DNA from: Candidatus Magasanikiibacteriota bacterium
Lineage (GTDB): Bacteria > Patescibacteriota > Patescibacteriia > Magasanikbacterales > UBA922
Length of the DNA stretch: 64,000 bases
Reading direction: 5' to 3'
NCBI GenBank assembly: GCA_018651085.1
Contig: JABIEQ010000011.1
Coordinates: forward strand, 3,563-67,562
Shown here: piece after piece, positions 38,605 to 48,570 of the stretch
Numbering within the stretch: the stretch's first letter is position 1
Layout: each line of letters starts with the position of its first letter
Position numbers and translations under genes: made by a program
Notes under the pieces: generated by a model
Seen by the model: only the letters and a program-made list of their open reading frames with translations
Databases searched by the model: none
What the model was told of the DNA's origin: nothing

Positions 38605-38659
38605 ATAGATACTATCACCATACACTAATTTAGAGGGTTAAATCAAATGCTCTACCCCA

Positions 38660-38688
38660 TTGACAAAACTCCCTCTTTTTACTATAGT
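38660..38688 (+). promoter_or_regulatory. sigma70 promoter TTGACA-17-TATAGT
   Basis: Direct match upstream of GC-rich unit 5. Confidence 0.78.
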
Positions 38689-38829
38689 TTTTTATTGAAT
38701 GCGTTCTTTTATAAAGACCTTTTCCTTTTCTTGTTTCCTTACGTCTAGGTACTAGGAGAAGGAGAAGGTCGTTTTGACCTGAACTGAGGCTTCGCAATCA
38801 CCACAATGAATCGCAACCGAGAGGACGTT

Positions 38830-39357
38830 ATGAACGCTTCCATCGTACTGATCTTGAAGTTCTGGGAAAGCCTGGGCAACGCCATCGACGGAGACGAACT
38901 CTATCCTCATCTTTTCCTAGGTGACTCCCACACCTACGTGTCCTCCCAGGGCAATATGTGGGGGCCGAGCGATGGCCGTCACTACGTCGACAAGCTGCTG
39001 TGGAACACGTTGGGGAAACAGCAGCTTCCAGCCCCGACCTTACCCGGTCGTGCTTTCAGCGTCGTGACGTGGGCCGACCGCCCGGTGGAAGGACTCGATG
39101 AGATCTTCGGCCCAGCAGTTGATAACCCCGAGGCCCTTGATGAGATGCTCAAGAAGGGCTGCGGTGGTTGGTTTGAGTTCTCGGAGACCTCGAACAACTG
39201 GGATGTCCGCCATTACGGCTCTGTCTTCCTGCTTCCCACGGGAGCAAAGATCCTCGTCACCATCTGCTACGATCGCAACCAGTCTGCCACCGCTGAGGTG
39301 CTCGAGGCGGAACGCACGGCCCGGCGTGATAAAGCCCTCATCGGGCACTGGATGTGA
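38830..39357 (+). CDS. Orphan protein (GC-rich unit 5)
   Basis: GAGGA before ATG 38830, GC3-rich codons, TGA stop. Confidence 0.7.
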   Translation: MNASIVLILKFWESLGNAIDGDELYPHLFLGDSHTYVSSQGNMWGPSDGRHYVDKLLWNTLGKQQLPAPTLPGRAFSVVTWADRPVEGLDEIFGPAVDNPEALDEMLKKGCGGWFEFSETSNNWDVRHYGSVFLLPTGAKILVTICYDRNQSATAEVLEAERTARRDKALIGHWM

Positions 39358-39506
39358 TCAGGTCAGAATACCCATGAAAGCCGCGGAATCGGCGTCGAGT
39401 TATTATGACGACTAGCACGAACAACGTTCGTGCCAAGAAGCTCATGTGACTCGGCGCCCCGCGGCTACCGACTATCTTTTTTACTTTATAGAAAGGATTG
39501 AGGAAT

Positions 39507-39535
39507 AAAAAACACCTATATATAGGTGTTTTTTT
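39507..39535 (+). terminator. Terminator of unit 5
   Basis: aaaaaacacctata-tataggtgtttttt. Confidence 0.72.
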
Positions 39536-39626
39536 GTTTCTTGATTTTATATACACATGTTCTACACACTCTATCACCAGAGCCCCATTTGAAGGGTTAA
39601 ATCAAATAGTATATGATGGGAATACT

Positions 39627-41030
39627 ATGAGTAAAAGTATCATTGATCTAGAAAAGATCCCCCCTCAGAACATTGAGGCTGAACAATCCCTTCTTGGGGC
39701 TGTTTTGCTTGATAAAGAAGCGATGCTTAAGATTGTTGACATTGTTGAACCTGGTGACTTTTATAAAAATACCCATAAATCTATCTTTGAGGTTATTCTT
39801 GAGCTTTATGGTAAGAATGAACCTATTGATGTTTTAACCCTTGGAAATAGATTAGAAGAAATTGAAAAGCTTAAAGGCATCGGTGGGCGAACCTATCTTA
39901 TTGCATTATCTAATGCTGTTCCGACCTCTGCGCATATTGTGCAGTATGCTGAGATTATCAAAAAGAAGTCTCTTCACAGAAAGCTCTTGATCGCAGCTGG
40001 GGAGATTACCAAGCTTGGGTATAGAGAACAAGAAGGAGATGTAAATAAAGTTCTTGATGAAGCACAACAGCTATTGTTTAGTGTGACACAAAAGCACATG
40101 AGACAAAACTTTGTACCGATTAGATCTGTGCTTGATAATGCCTTTGAAAGAATTGATAAGCTCCATCGTGAAAAAGGAAAGCTTCGAGGAATTCCTACTG
40201 GATTTCCTAAACTTGATAATCTGCTCGCTGGATTCCAGAAATCTGATCTTGTTATCTTAGCTGCTAGACCTGCCGTTGGAAAGACCTCTCTTGCTCTTGA
40301 TATTGCGCGTCACGCGGCTATCCGTGGACATGCGTCTGTGGGTCTCTTTTCTCTTGAGATGAGTAAAGAACAATTGGTTGATAGAATGCTTTGTGCTGAA
40401 GCTGGAGTTGATTTGTGGAAGCTTCGAACTGGTAACTTATCTGACAAACCGGATAGTGATGATTTTCCTCGTATTGGGCACGCTATGGGAAAGCTTTCTG
40501 AAGCTAAGATTTTTATTGATGACACGGCTGGAGCGAATGTCTTACAAATTAGAACCAAAGCAAGGCGTCTACAGGCTGAACACGGCCTTGATATGATTGT
40601 GATCGATTACTTGCAACTTATGAACCCTACGAGCTCTAAAGCAAACCAGGGACGGGTACAGGAAGTGGCTGAGATGAGTCGAGGGTTAAAGCTCCTTGCT
40701 CGTGAATTAGATATCCCTGTGCTTACCCTTTCACAGCTTTCTCGTGCAGTAGAGCAGACAAAACCAGCCATCCCTAAATTGTCACATCTCCGAGATTCTG
40801 GTAGTATTGAGCAAGACGCTGACATTGTGTTATTTATCTATAGAAAGGCTGCTGACGGAAACTACCGGTTAGAGGACATTCCACCTGATGAACGCCATAT
40901 TGGAGAAGTCCATATAGCAAAACATCGTAATGGACCTACTGGTGTCGTCAAAATCTTTTTTGATGAAACACGTGCAAGTTACCGTAGCCTTGATATGCAT
41001 CATGGTGAAAGTGCTCCAGCGGTACATTAA
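39627..41030 (+). CDS. dnaB: Replicative DNA helicase
   Basis: PPQNIEAEQ, AARPAVGKT, FSLEM, IDYLQL, LRDSGSIEQDAD, KHRNGP. Confidence 0.97.
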   Translation: MSKSIIDLEKIPPQNIEAEQSLLGAVLLDKEAMLKIVDIVEPGDFYKNTHKSIFEVILELYGKNEPIDVLTLGNRLEEIEKLKGIGGRTYLIALSNAVPTSAHIVQYAEIIKKKSLHRKLLIAAGEITKLGYREQEGDVNKVLDEAQQLLFSVTQKHMRQNFVPIRSVLDNAFERIDKLHREKGKLRGIPTGFPKLDNLLAGFQKSDLVILAARPAVGKTSLALDIARHAAIRGHASVGLFSLEMSKEQLVDRMLCAEAGVDLWKLRTGNLSDKPDSDDFPRIGHAMGKLSEAKIFIDDTAGANVLQIRTKARRLQAEHGLDMIVIDYLQLMNPTSSKANQGRVQEVAEMSRGLKLLARELDIPVLTLSQLSRAVEQTKPAIPKLSHLRDSGSIEQDADIVLFIYRKAADGNYRLEDIPPDERHIGEVHIAKHRNGPTGVVKIFFDETRASYRSLDMHHGESAPAVH

Positions 41031-41075
41031 GTCGCATCCCCACATAGGTAAACTTATTTATATATATACACTTCT

Positions 41076-41372
41076 ATGTTTAATAAACTCAAACAGTTTA
41101 AAGACCTTCGAGATCAAGCGAAGACCATGCAAGATGCATTAGGGAAAGAATCAATCTCAGTTGACGACGATGGGATTGTGATGACTCTTGATGGGAATCT
41201 TCAGATGACTGGTCTTGCAATTGACGAATCATGGCTTACGCCAAGTAAAAAAGAGAAGCTTGAAAAAACAATTAAGCAGCTTCATGAAAAAGGACTTAAA
41301 AAGATGCAACGCATCATGGCGATGAAGATGAAAGAAATGGGTGGCCTCCCAAACATTCCTGGCCTTTCTTAA
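41076..41372 (+). CDS. ybaB: YbaB/EbfC nucleoid-associated protein
   Basis: Size, sequence pattern and position before recR. Confidence 0.8.
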   Translation: MFNKLKQFKDLRDQAKTMQDALGKESISVDDDGIVMTLDGNLQMTGLAIDESWLTPSKKEKLEKTIKQLHEKGLKKMQRIMAMKMKEMGGLPNIPGLS

Positions 41373-41415
41373 ACATACTAAACATTTCTCCCTCTTTTTG
41401 AGGGAGTTTTGCTCT

Positions 41416-42024
41416 ATGGCATACCCAGACCCAATTCGACAACTTATAACCTCTTTTTCTCGGCTACCGAGTGTTGGAAGGCGTACTGCTGAACGATTTG
41501 TGTTTCATCTTCTTAATGCTGGGAAAAAAGATGTGGTGGAATTGAATAGATCTATTGAAGAACTGATTGCTTCAATCAGAAGTTGTCAGGCGTGCTGGGA
41601 TTTTTCTGAAACGTCTCCATGTTTCTATTGTTCTGACATGAAACGAGAAAGAAATATTCTTTGCATTGTTCACGAACCACAAGACGTGCAGGCGATTGAG
41701 AAGACTGGGAAATACAAGGGACGGTATCATGTGATTAGAAAGATGATTAAAGTGGACGAAGAAGATAGTTTAAATAAAACAAAAATACGAGAACTTTTTG
41801 TACGAATTGAGCAAAAGGATATAACTGAGGTGATCCTTGCTCTAAACCCAGATATGCCTGGGGAAACCACAATGTTATTTTTAGAAAAAAAGATCAAGGT
41901 GATTAGACCTGATCTTATTATTACGAGACTTGCAAGAGGTCTTCCTATGGGGAGTGATTTACAATACGCTGACGAGATTACGTTAGGGAGTGCTATTAGT
42001 CATAGGACTGGGGTTGGGAAATAA
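41416..42024 (+). CDS. recR: Recombination mediator RecR
   Basis: LPSVGRRTAER HhH, C4 zinc finger, TRLARGLPMG..LQYADE. Confidence 0.95.
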   Translation: MAYPDPIRQLITSFSRLPSVGRRTAERFVFHLLNAGKKDVVELNRSIEELIASIRSCQACWDFSETSPCFYCSDMKRERNILCIVHEPQDVQAIEKTGKYKGRYHVIRKMIKVDEEDSLNKTKIRELFVRIEQKDITEVILALNPDMPGETTMLFLEKKIKVIRPDLIITRLARGLPMGSDLQYADEITLGSAISHRTGVGK

Positions 42025-42032
42025 AAATGTTC

Positions 42033-43004
42033 TTATTTTTTACCATACATCAGATACCATTCCTTTGCATTTTCTAAATATTTATTATACGAATAATTTT
42101 CTATTAGAATTTTCTCTATTGTAGAAAACCATTTTTTACGAAAAACCACTTCGGGGCTTCCTGATCTCCACTTCTTTATTTCTGAGATAAATTTTATTTC
42201 ATAAGTATATGTAGTAAAATTTTGATGATCTGATGTTGGTATACCTAACATACTACCTATCTCGCCAGCTGACCTACTACCTTGTAATGACCTTACCCGT
42301 ATTTGAAACTTTCCTATTTTGTCTTCCATTGTAAGTGTGAATCTTCTTGGTTTAGAGGAAATTTTTAATTTTGAATTTTTAGGTATTTTCATATTTCCTC
42401 CTGGTGGAAAAATCAAATCGTTAGGTTTAAATTTCTCAAAGATTCTATAATCTGTTTGTTTGATAATATCATCCCAAGTAATCACATTATACGCCTTTTC
42501 TTCTCCATGATTTCCTCTTATTAAAGAACCTGTAGGAAGATCTATATATTCAACGTTAGATGTCCACGCATTTGAAAACTGGTTGAACATGTCAGTTAGT
42601 ATAGAGTAAGTTAATATATCTAAATATAATTGCAGATCTAATTTTTCCTTCTTTACATCAAACTCTTCTGGAAATTTTTGAAAATAAAACTGCTTTACTC
42701 GTAAATATTTATTACTGTATGGAATTGAGGGGAAATTCCTACCGTCTTTCAATGAATCATAGTAATCTATCTCTTGCAAATTTATATCATGCCTGTCATG
42801 TTGTACTGTAACTGAGGAAATAAAGCTCTTTTCATAGTATTGAGGCTTCAATATAAATGTCATCGAAAATAAAGCCGTACCTATACCTAAAACTATAGAA
42901 GTAGCAAATATTTCTACAATTTTTTCATGTCCTCTATTTAAAAAAGAAATATAAGAAACAAAACCAAAAAGGATTATTGCTATGATAAATAAGAGTGCTT
43001 TCAT
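42033..43004 (-). CDS. Hypothetical protein with two N-terminal TM helices
   Basis: 323-aa ORF, 9 nt after protease stop. Confidence 0.7.
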   Translation of the reverse strand: MKALLFIIAIILFGFVSYISFLNRGHEKIVEIFATSIVLGIGTALFSMTFILKPQYYEKSFISSVTVQHDRHDINLQEIDYYDSLKDGRNFPSIPYSNKYLRVKQFYFQKFPEEFDVKKEKLDLQLYLDILTYSILTDMFNQFSNAWTSNVEYIDLPTGSLIRGNHGEEKAYNVITWDDIIKQTDYRIFEKFKPNDLIFPPGGNMKIPKNSKLKISSKPRRFTLTMEDKIGKFQIRVRSLQGSRSAGEIGSMLGIPTSDHQNFTTYTYEIKFISEIKKWRSGSPEVVFRKKWFSTIEKILIENYSYNKYLENAKEWYLMYGKK

Positions 43005-43013
43005 AATACTATT

Positions 43014-43796
43014 TTACTTCTTAAAGAATCTATTTATTTCATCTAATGAGAAAGCATATCCTATTCCTACGTTTGCAGATCTTTTTATTTCTTTTGAAAT
43101 AACCTGCATCTGCGCCTGCGTTGTCTTCATCGCCTGAAAATGATCGACTCCTCCCATACGTATGCTCCCTTTAAAACGAGAAAGGTGTCTAATATTTTGG
43201 TCAAAACTTTCTATTAATTCGTCAAAAAATTCACTAAGCCCTTTTGCGGCTCTTGTAACTATACCAATTACTTTACCAGTAGAGACATCCAACAAAGGCC
43301 CTCCCGAATTCCCTTGATTTACACTTGCATCAATCTGTATATATCTAACACTATTTTTAGAATAATGTGATGAAACCATGCCTGCATGCATTGATAAATT
43401 ACCTTGGCTAAATGCATAACCTAGCATTCCTACCTGCATCCCAATAGGAAAATCAACATTGTTGATTTGTAGTTCTAATGATGGAAAATCTTTCAAATCT
43501 TCTATTTCAATAATCGCGAAATCCCAATTACTCTCTGGTGATCCATCCTTTAGGGCGCTTACAAATTCATCTTTGGTAAATTCCTTTCTAAACCTTGATG
43601 TTGAACCATCTATTTCAACAAACTCAACTATCACGGTATCTGAGGGTGGACAAAAATATACATGATTATTTGTTACTAAATACCCATCAACGATGAAACC
43701 CGTCCCAGATGCTATTTTTTCTCCATCTTTCCAATGCCCTATCGAACATACAGACTGACAAGTTTTAGCCCACAATCCCGCGTACATGTTATACAT
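43014..43796 (-). CDS. Trypsin-like serine protease, no signal peptide
   Basis: GTGF, TNNHV, DFAII, GNSGGP. Confidence 0.88.
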   Translation of the reverse strand: MYNMYAGLWAKTCQSVCSIGHWKDGEKIASGTGFIVDGYLVTNNHVYFCPPSDTVIVEFVEIDGSTSRFRKEFTKDEFVSALKDGSPESNWDFAIIEIEDLKDFPSLELQINNVDFPIGMQVGMLGYAFSQGNLSMHAGMVSSHYSKNSVRYIQIDASVNQGNSGGPLLDVSTGKVIGIVTRAAKGLSEFFDELIESFDQNIRHLSRFKGSIRMGGVDHFQAMKTTQAQMQVISKEIKRSANVGIGYAFSLDEINRFFKK

Positions 43797-43860
43797 ATTT
43801 ATTCTATCACCTTAAATTTTAAATAAATATAAAATAAAAAAACGGCACAAGGCCGTTCTT

Positions 43861-44169
43861 TTATTTGTTGTCTTTAACTTTAATCCGTGTGAAGTGTTGT
43901 CGGTGTCCTTGTACTTTCTTATACCGAACTTTTGGTTTGTATTTAATTACACGAAGTTTCTTGGTTCGTCCTTGTTCTTGGACTACTGCTTCAATCGTTA
44001 CGCCGTCTAGGTAAGGAGTTCCAATTTGTACATCAGTACCGTCATCATTTGCTAAAAGTAATACTTTATCAAAAATAACGTCCTTTTCACCTTCAACTTT
44101 TCCAATTTGTAGCGTTTGTCCTGATTCGATCAGGTGTTGTTTACCACCTGTTTCAATAACTGCGAACAT
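43861..44169 (-). CDS. rplU: 50S ribosomal protein bL21
   Basis: MFAVIETGGKQ, GTPY, GHRQ; TTGACA-17-TATACT upstream; terminator at 43836-43860. Confidence 0.96.
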   Translation of the reverse strand: MFAVIETGGKQHLIESGQTLQIGKVEGEKDVIFDKVLLLANDDGTDVQIGTPYLDGVTIEAVVQEQGRTKKLRVIKYKPKVRYKKVQGHRQHFTRIKVKDNK

Positions 44170-44273
44170 ATTTGTATATTAAAATTTTTGTAGTAAATAC
44201 CTTCCCTACAGGTATTTATAACGGGAAACGTGCGTAGTATAGCCAAAAATGATATATCTGTCAATACCTAAGG

Positions 44274-44759
44274 CTACTCGTCTATAACGGTAAACTTGTC
44301 CCCTATCTTAAGGTCCTGCTCTTCGGCCCAGCCAGCAGCTAATTCTAGGATAAATTTGGCTTCCTTACGCGGATAATAGACCGTAAGGTCCTCTTCTTCC
44401 ACATTAGGCTCTACCTGCACAGAGGGGGCAATATCTACCACTTTCCCAAATACGTCTATCCATATGATATCTATTGGAAAGTGCATATTTCTCATGACTA
44501 TCCCCTGCCTGAGTTCTTTAGGGAATAGAAAGACCATACCATCGTAATCTCCAAGTGTTTCTCTTCCCCCAAGGCCTTTTTTAAGATGATAGTTGTTTTT
44601 TGCAACTAAAACGTGAAGAGGCTGTCCATCTAACTCAACTATGGCTGTAGACCAAAAAAACTTCCAGGCATTTATCCCGATAAGACAAAGCCCAAGGACG
44701 ATAATAAATATAATCTTGAATTTCTTTGATGCTTGTTTTTTGCTCTTTCTAAATAACAT
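44274..44759 (-). CDS. DUF192 protein
   Basis: GLGGR, GMVFLF, MRNMHFPIDIIW, ILELAAG. Confidence 0.88.
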   Translation of the reverse strand: MLFRKSKKQASKKFKIIFIIVLGLCLIGINAWKFFWSTAIVELDGQPLHVLVAKNNYHLKKGLGGRETLGDYDGMVFLFPKELRQGIVMRNMHFPIDIIWIDVFGKVVDIAPSVQVEPNVEEEDLTVYYPRKEAKFILELAAGWAEEQDLKIGDKFTVIDE

Positions 44760-44760
44760 A

Positions 44761-45816
44761 CTACTTCTTTTCTTTCCCAGAAAACCAAAGCCCCACTAAT
44801 ACCATGAGGATAAACAACAAGAGAAGTGCCATGATCTTTTGTTTGCTTTGTAAAAATAAGGTAGTCGCACCAAACAATAAAGAGATCAGATAAAAAAGAA
44901 GGACTGCTTGTTTTTGTGAAAGACCAGAATGAATCAACTTAAAATGTAGATGCTCATCGTCTGCTACAAGAATTGATTTTTTCTTTTGGATGCGTCTAAT
45001 CATGACGCGCACGACATCTAATACAGGGACAGCAATCACAAGGAGTGTGGTTGCTATTTTCCCGCCAGAAATAATAGCTAAAATCCCTAACATATACCCC
45101 GTAAATAGACTACCACCTTCTCCTAAAAATATTTTAGCTGGTTCAAAATTCCATACTAAAAATCCGGTACACGCTCCTGCCAAGATAATAGCAATAAGTG
45201 ACACTTCTGGTTGAAGCCAAGCAGGTTGTTGTGTGAGAAAAAATATCATTAACGCTCCAATGGCTACAATCCCTGATACTAATCCATCTAACCCATCTAG
45301 AAGCTTTGTGGTAAACATGGTTCCCATGAGCCAAAAGAATACTAAGATGTCTGCAAACACCACAATGTTTCCAAGTACTCCAACTGAAAGACTCAAGTCT
45401 CCTAAGTGTATAACTCCTCCAAAAGGATTGGTAATAATATGTGGACCAATCCCGAAAGCAATAATAGTAAGGGACGCTATAACGGGCGCTATCATCTGCT
45501 TTTTCGCTCCTAAGTTATATATATCATCAAGTAGGCCACCAACAATAAGGACTGCTCCTCCAATAAGTACCCCAATCAGTTGTCTGTGTGTTACTTCGTC
45601 TCCAAAGAAGCCTACGTACATACAATACACAAGACTAATAAGCACTGCACCAAAAATGGCAATGCCTCCCCCAAGGGGTGTTGCTCGTTTATGTTTTTTT
45701 CTTTCTTCAATATGTGGAATGTCCACAATACTAAAATGCCGCATGATTATGCGGACGATCCCAGTAAGAAGTACTGCAACCCCGGCGCTCAGAATGAAGT
45801 ACCACCAAAACATCAT
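44761..45816 (-). CDS. MraY/WecA/TagO-family undecaprenyl-phosphate GlcNAc-1-P transferase
   Basis: TPLGGG, GLLDD, DGLDGL, WNFEPAKIFLGEGG, HLH. Confidence 0.88.
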   Translation of the reverse strand: MMFWWYFILSAGVAVLLTGIVRIIMRHFSIVDIPHIEERKKHKRATPLGGGIAIFGAVLISLVYCMYVGFFGDEVTHRQLIGVLIGGAVLIVGGLLDDIYNLGAKKQMIAPVIASLTIIAFGIGPHIITNPFGGVIHLGDLSLSVGVLGNIVVFADILVFFWLMGTMFTTKLLDGLDGLVSGIVAIGALMIFFLTQQPAWLQPEVSLIAIILAGACTGFLVWNFEPAKIFLGEGGSLFTGYMLGILAIISGGKIATTLLVIAVPVLDVVRVMIRRIQKKKSILVADDEHLHFKLIHSGLSQKQAVLLFYLISLLFGATTLFLQSKQKIMALLLLFILMVLVGLWFSGKEKK

Positions 45817-45825
45817 ACAACGGTC

Positions 45826-48567
45826 TTATTCAATAGAGATATTAATCCCCTCCCCAATGACAACGGTATTTCTTCGTTTGAGTTTTCCTTGCAAAATTAA
45901 ATCTGCAAGAGCATTTTCAACATGTTCTTGAATGGCTCGTCTCATTGGCCTTGCTCCAAACTCTGGATCAAACCCAGCATCAGCTAACGCTTCAAGCGCT
46001 GCGTCTTCTACTCGTAGTGCTACTCCACGCGCTTCGAGATCCTTTTCTACGCGTTTAAGCATGAGCCTCGCAATCTTTTTAATCTCTTCTTTTTCTAGTG
46101 CCTTAAAGAGCACAATACCATCAAATCTATTAAGGAACTCTGGTCTATAGTACTCTTTTAGTTTTCCACGGACAAGCTCTTGCCTAATGTCTTCCATTTT
46201 CACCCCTTCTTGGATCTTTTCTTGGACAAACCCTGTTCCTGCGTTTGAGGTGGCAATAATAATAGCATTTGTGAAATCAATCACTCGCCCCACACTATCT
46301 GTAAGCCGCCCATCGTCAAAAACCTGTAAGAATATATTTAATACGTCTTTATTAGCCTTTTCCATTTCATCAAGCAAAATAAGAGAGAATGGTTGTTGTC
46401 TTACTGATTCCGTTAATAGGCCTGTTCCTTGTTGCCCGGGTTGTCCGATAAGACGATAGATACTTCCTTTGTCTTGAAACTCACTCATGTCTATTCTAAT
46501 CATGCGTTCTTCTCCACCAAAGTAGACTGAAGAAATAGTTTTTGCAAGTTCTGTTTTTCCAACACCGGTTGGTCCCAGAAATAAAAAGTTTGCAATTGGT
46601 CTTTTGGTCGAACGAATTTCTGCTCGTGCGCGCCGAAGAGCATTTGATACAAGGATGACAGCTTCATCTTGCCCAATGATGCGCTTATGCATTTCTTCTT
46701 CAAGTCTTAAGAGTTTATCTGATTCGTCTTCAGAAATACTGGTGGTTGGGATACCTGTTTTATTACTAATGATTGAGGCAATGTCTTCTGCCGTAACAAG
46801 ATGACTTTCCCCCTTTTTATTTTTGGTGTAACTTGCTCCTTCTGCCATGATGTCTATCGCACTTTCTGGAAGTTGTTGATCATGTAGGAACTTTTCTGCA
46901 AACTTAACCGATGCTGCGATAGCGTCATATGAGAAAAATACTTTTTGTTTATATTCTACGCCTCCAACTTTTGATTCTAATACCTGAATTGCTTGATTGT
47001 GATTCATTTCTTTAATGTTCACACGAGAAAGCACTGTACCAAGTTGGGTATTTGTTATGTGTTTATTGTACCCTTCTGTTGTTGTTGACGTAATAGTAAG
47101 GAATCTTCCAGGTCCAAGGAACTCTGCTAACACTTCTGATACATCTAACCCTTCTGTTTCTCCACCGACGGTCACCAGATCGTGAATGTTATTGATAAAC
47201 AAAATAATGTTGCCAGCTTTAGATATCTCGTGCATCATGCGCCGAAGTCTTTCAATCGCCCCATTCATCGTTGTTCCAGACAAGAGTGCTGAGGTAGAAA
47301 GTTGTACAAGTCTTTTGTCGTGAAGCCTTTTTGGCACACGCTCTTCAACCATTAACTGGGCAATCCCTTCAACAATACTCATTTTCCCAACGCCGTGTTC
47401 TCCAACGAGCGCTATACTTTGTCTTCCCCCTTCAATAATTCTAAATATTTCTTCAATCTCTTTGTCTCTTGCAACACAAGCACCAAGATGCCCATACTTT
47501 GCAGCAAGCGTTATGTCTTGGCTAAATTTATTTAAATACGGTGTTGCAACGGCGGTCATTGCTCTATCTATACCGTGTTTACTTCTGTGTGCTCCTGCTT
47601 TATGGATTGCGAGGTATTGTTCTCGCAGTTTTTCTCGAATACGTACCCAGGCAACCACATTTTCTAATTTCTCTTTATCTACTTTAAGGTCATAGAGTAG
47701 TTCTTGTAAGGGTTCTGATTCAAAAACTGCTGCAACTAATAGATTTGTTGAACGTACCTGTGATTCTTTTCTGTCGTACGCTTGCTCATACGATCTAAAC
47801 ATGATGTCTTTTACTTCATGTGAGAGAAGTGGGTTTCTTGGAATATTTCTTTTTGTGAAGAGTTTTGCAATACTTGCTTGCAACACACTCATTGAAATAC
47901 CCAGACGTAAAAAGACTGAGGCAATGTTTGGCACCATGATAAGGGCATAAAAAACATGGGCTGGTGAAACATCTTCGCTCTGATATCTATCTGCCACATT
48001 GTACGCTTCCTCTAGTACTTTTTTTGCTTCAACCGTAAAGACTTCTGAGATATCTAATCTTTTCTTGCTTGGAATATTTTTTCTGATTTCTTCAAATGAA
48101 CCAGGACCTTGTTCTTCCTCAATGCGTGGTTCCTTTTGTTCTTGCTTGTAGTTTATTTCTTTAAGAGGCCGCCTATGAATAATGCCTCTATATACAAGGT
48201 AAGAAAATGAAATAATAGAAAACCATAAAAAGAGTGCTACATAGTTTGGAGAACTTTCCCAAAAAGAACCTTTTACGAGATCTAAAATGAGCTCTTGAGT
48301 GTAGACGCTATACATGAACAATGCGAGAAACCCGATCCCAAAGATTACCGCTCCAATGACTCTAAATTTTTCAAGCTGTCGTCTCCCCTTTCTTGTTGCG
48401 ATGTGATATCTATTTAGTGGTGTTCCCCAATATAAAAAGGTACCGTTCACCATTCTACCAACACTCATGCCGTGACACACCTTACAATGAGAGAATCCAA
48501 CAAACCCTGTACTTTTACAGGTTTCGCAAGATATGAGTGATAATTTTTCTTGAGGTTCAAATAACAT
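45826..48567 (-). CDS. ClpA/B-family AAA+ ATPase with N-terminal CxxC-CxxC and two TM helices
   Basis: GEHGVGKM and GPTGVGKT Walker A, LLDEMEKA, RPEFLNRFD, FGARPMRR. Confidence 0.9.
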   Translation of the reverse strand: MLFEPQEKLSLISCETCKSTGFVGFSHCKVCHGMSVGRMVNGTFLYWGTPLNRYHIATRKGRRQLEKFRVIGAVIFGIGFLALFMYSVYTQELILDLVKGSFWESSPNYVALFLWFSIISFSYLVYRGIIHRRPLKEINYKQEQKEPRIEEEQGPGSFEEIRKNIPSKKRLDISEVFTVEAKKVLEEAYNVADRYQSEDVSPAHVFYALIMVPNIASVFLRLGISMSVLQASIAKLFTKRNIPRNPLLSHEVKDIMFRSYEQAYDRKESQVRSTNLLVAAVFESEPLQELLYDLKVDKEKLENVVAWVRIREKLREQYLAIHKAGAHRSKHGIDRAMTAVATPYLNKFSQDITLAAKYGHLGACVARDKEIEEIFRIIEGGRQSIALVGEHGVGKMSIVEGIAQLMVEERVPKRLHDKRLVQLSTSALLSGTTMNGAIERLRRMMHEISKAGNIILFINNIHDLVTVGGETEGLDVSEVLAEFLGPGRFLTITSTTTEGYNKHITNTQLGTVLSRVNIKEMNHNQAIQVLESKVGGVEYKQKVFFSYDAIAASVKFAEKFLHDQQLPESAIDIMAEGASYTKNKKGESHLVTAEDIASIISNKTGIPTTSISEDESDKLLRLEEEMHKRIIGQDEAVILVSNALRRARAEIRSTKRPIANFLFLGPTGVGKTELAKTISSVYFGGEERMIRIDMSEFQDKGSIYRLIGQPGQQGTGLLTESVRQQPFSLILLDEMEKANKDVLNIFLQVFDDGRLTDSVGRVIDFTNAIIIATSNAGTGFVQEKIQEGVKMEDIRQELVRGKLKEYYRPEFLNRFDGIVLFKALEKEEIKKIARLMLKRVEKDLEARGVALRVEDAALEALADAGFDPEFGARPMRRAIQEHVENALADLILQGKLKRRNTVVIGEGINISIE

Positions 48568-48570
48568 ATG

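Noticed and set aside
44187-44219. L21 leader RNA upstream of rplU
   Set aside because: A single hairpin (taaatacct/aggtattta) is present, but I cannot match it to the known family without a covariance search.
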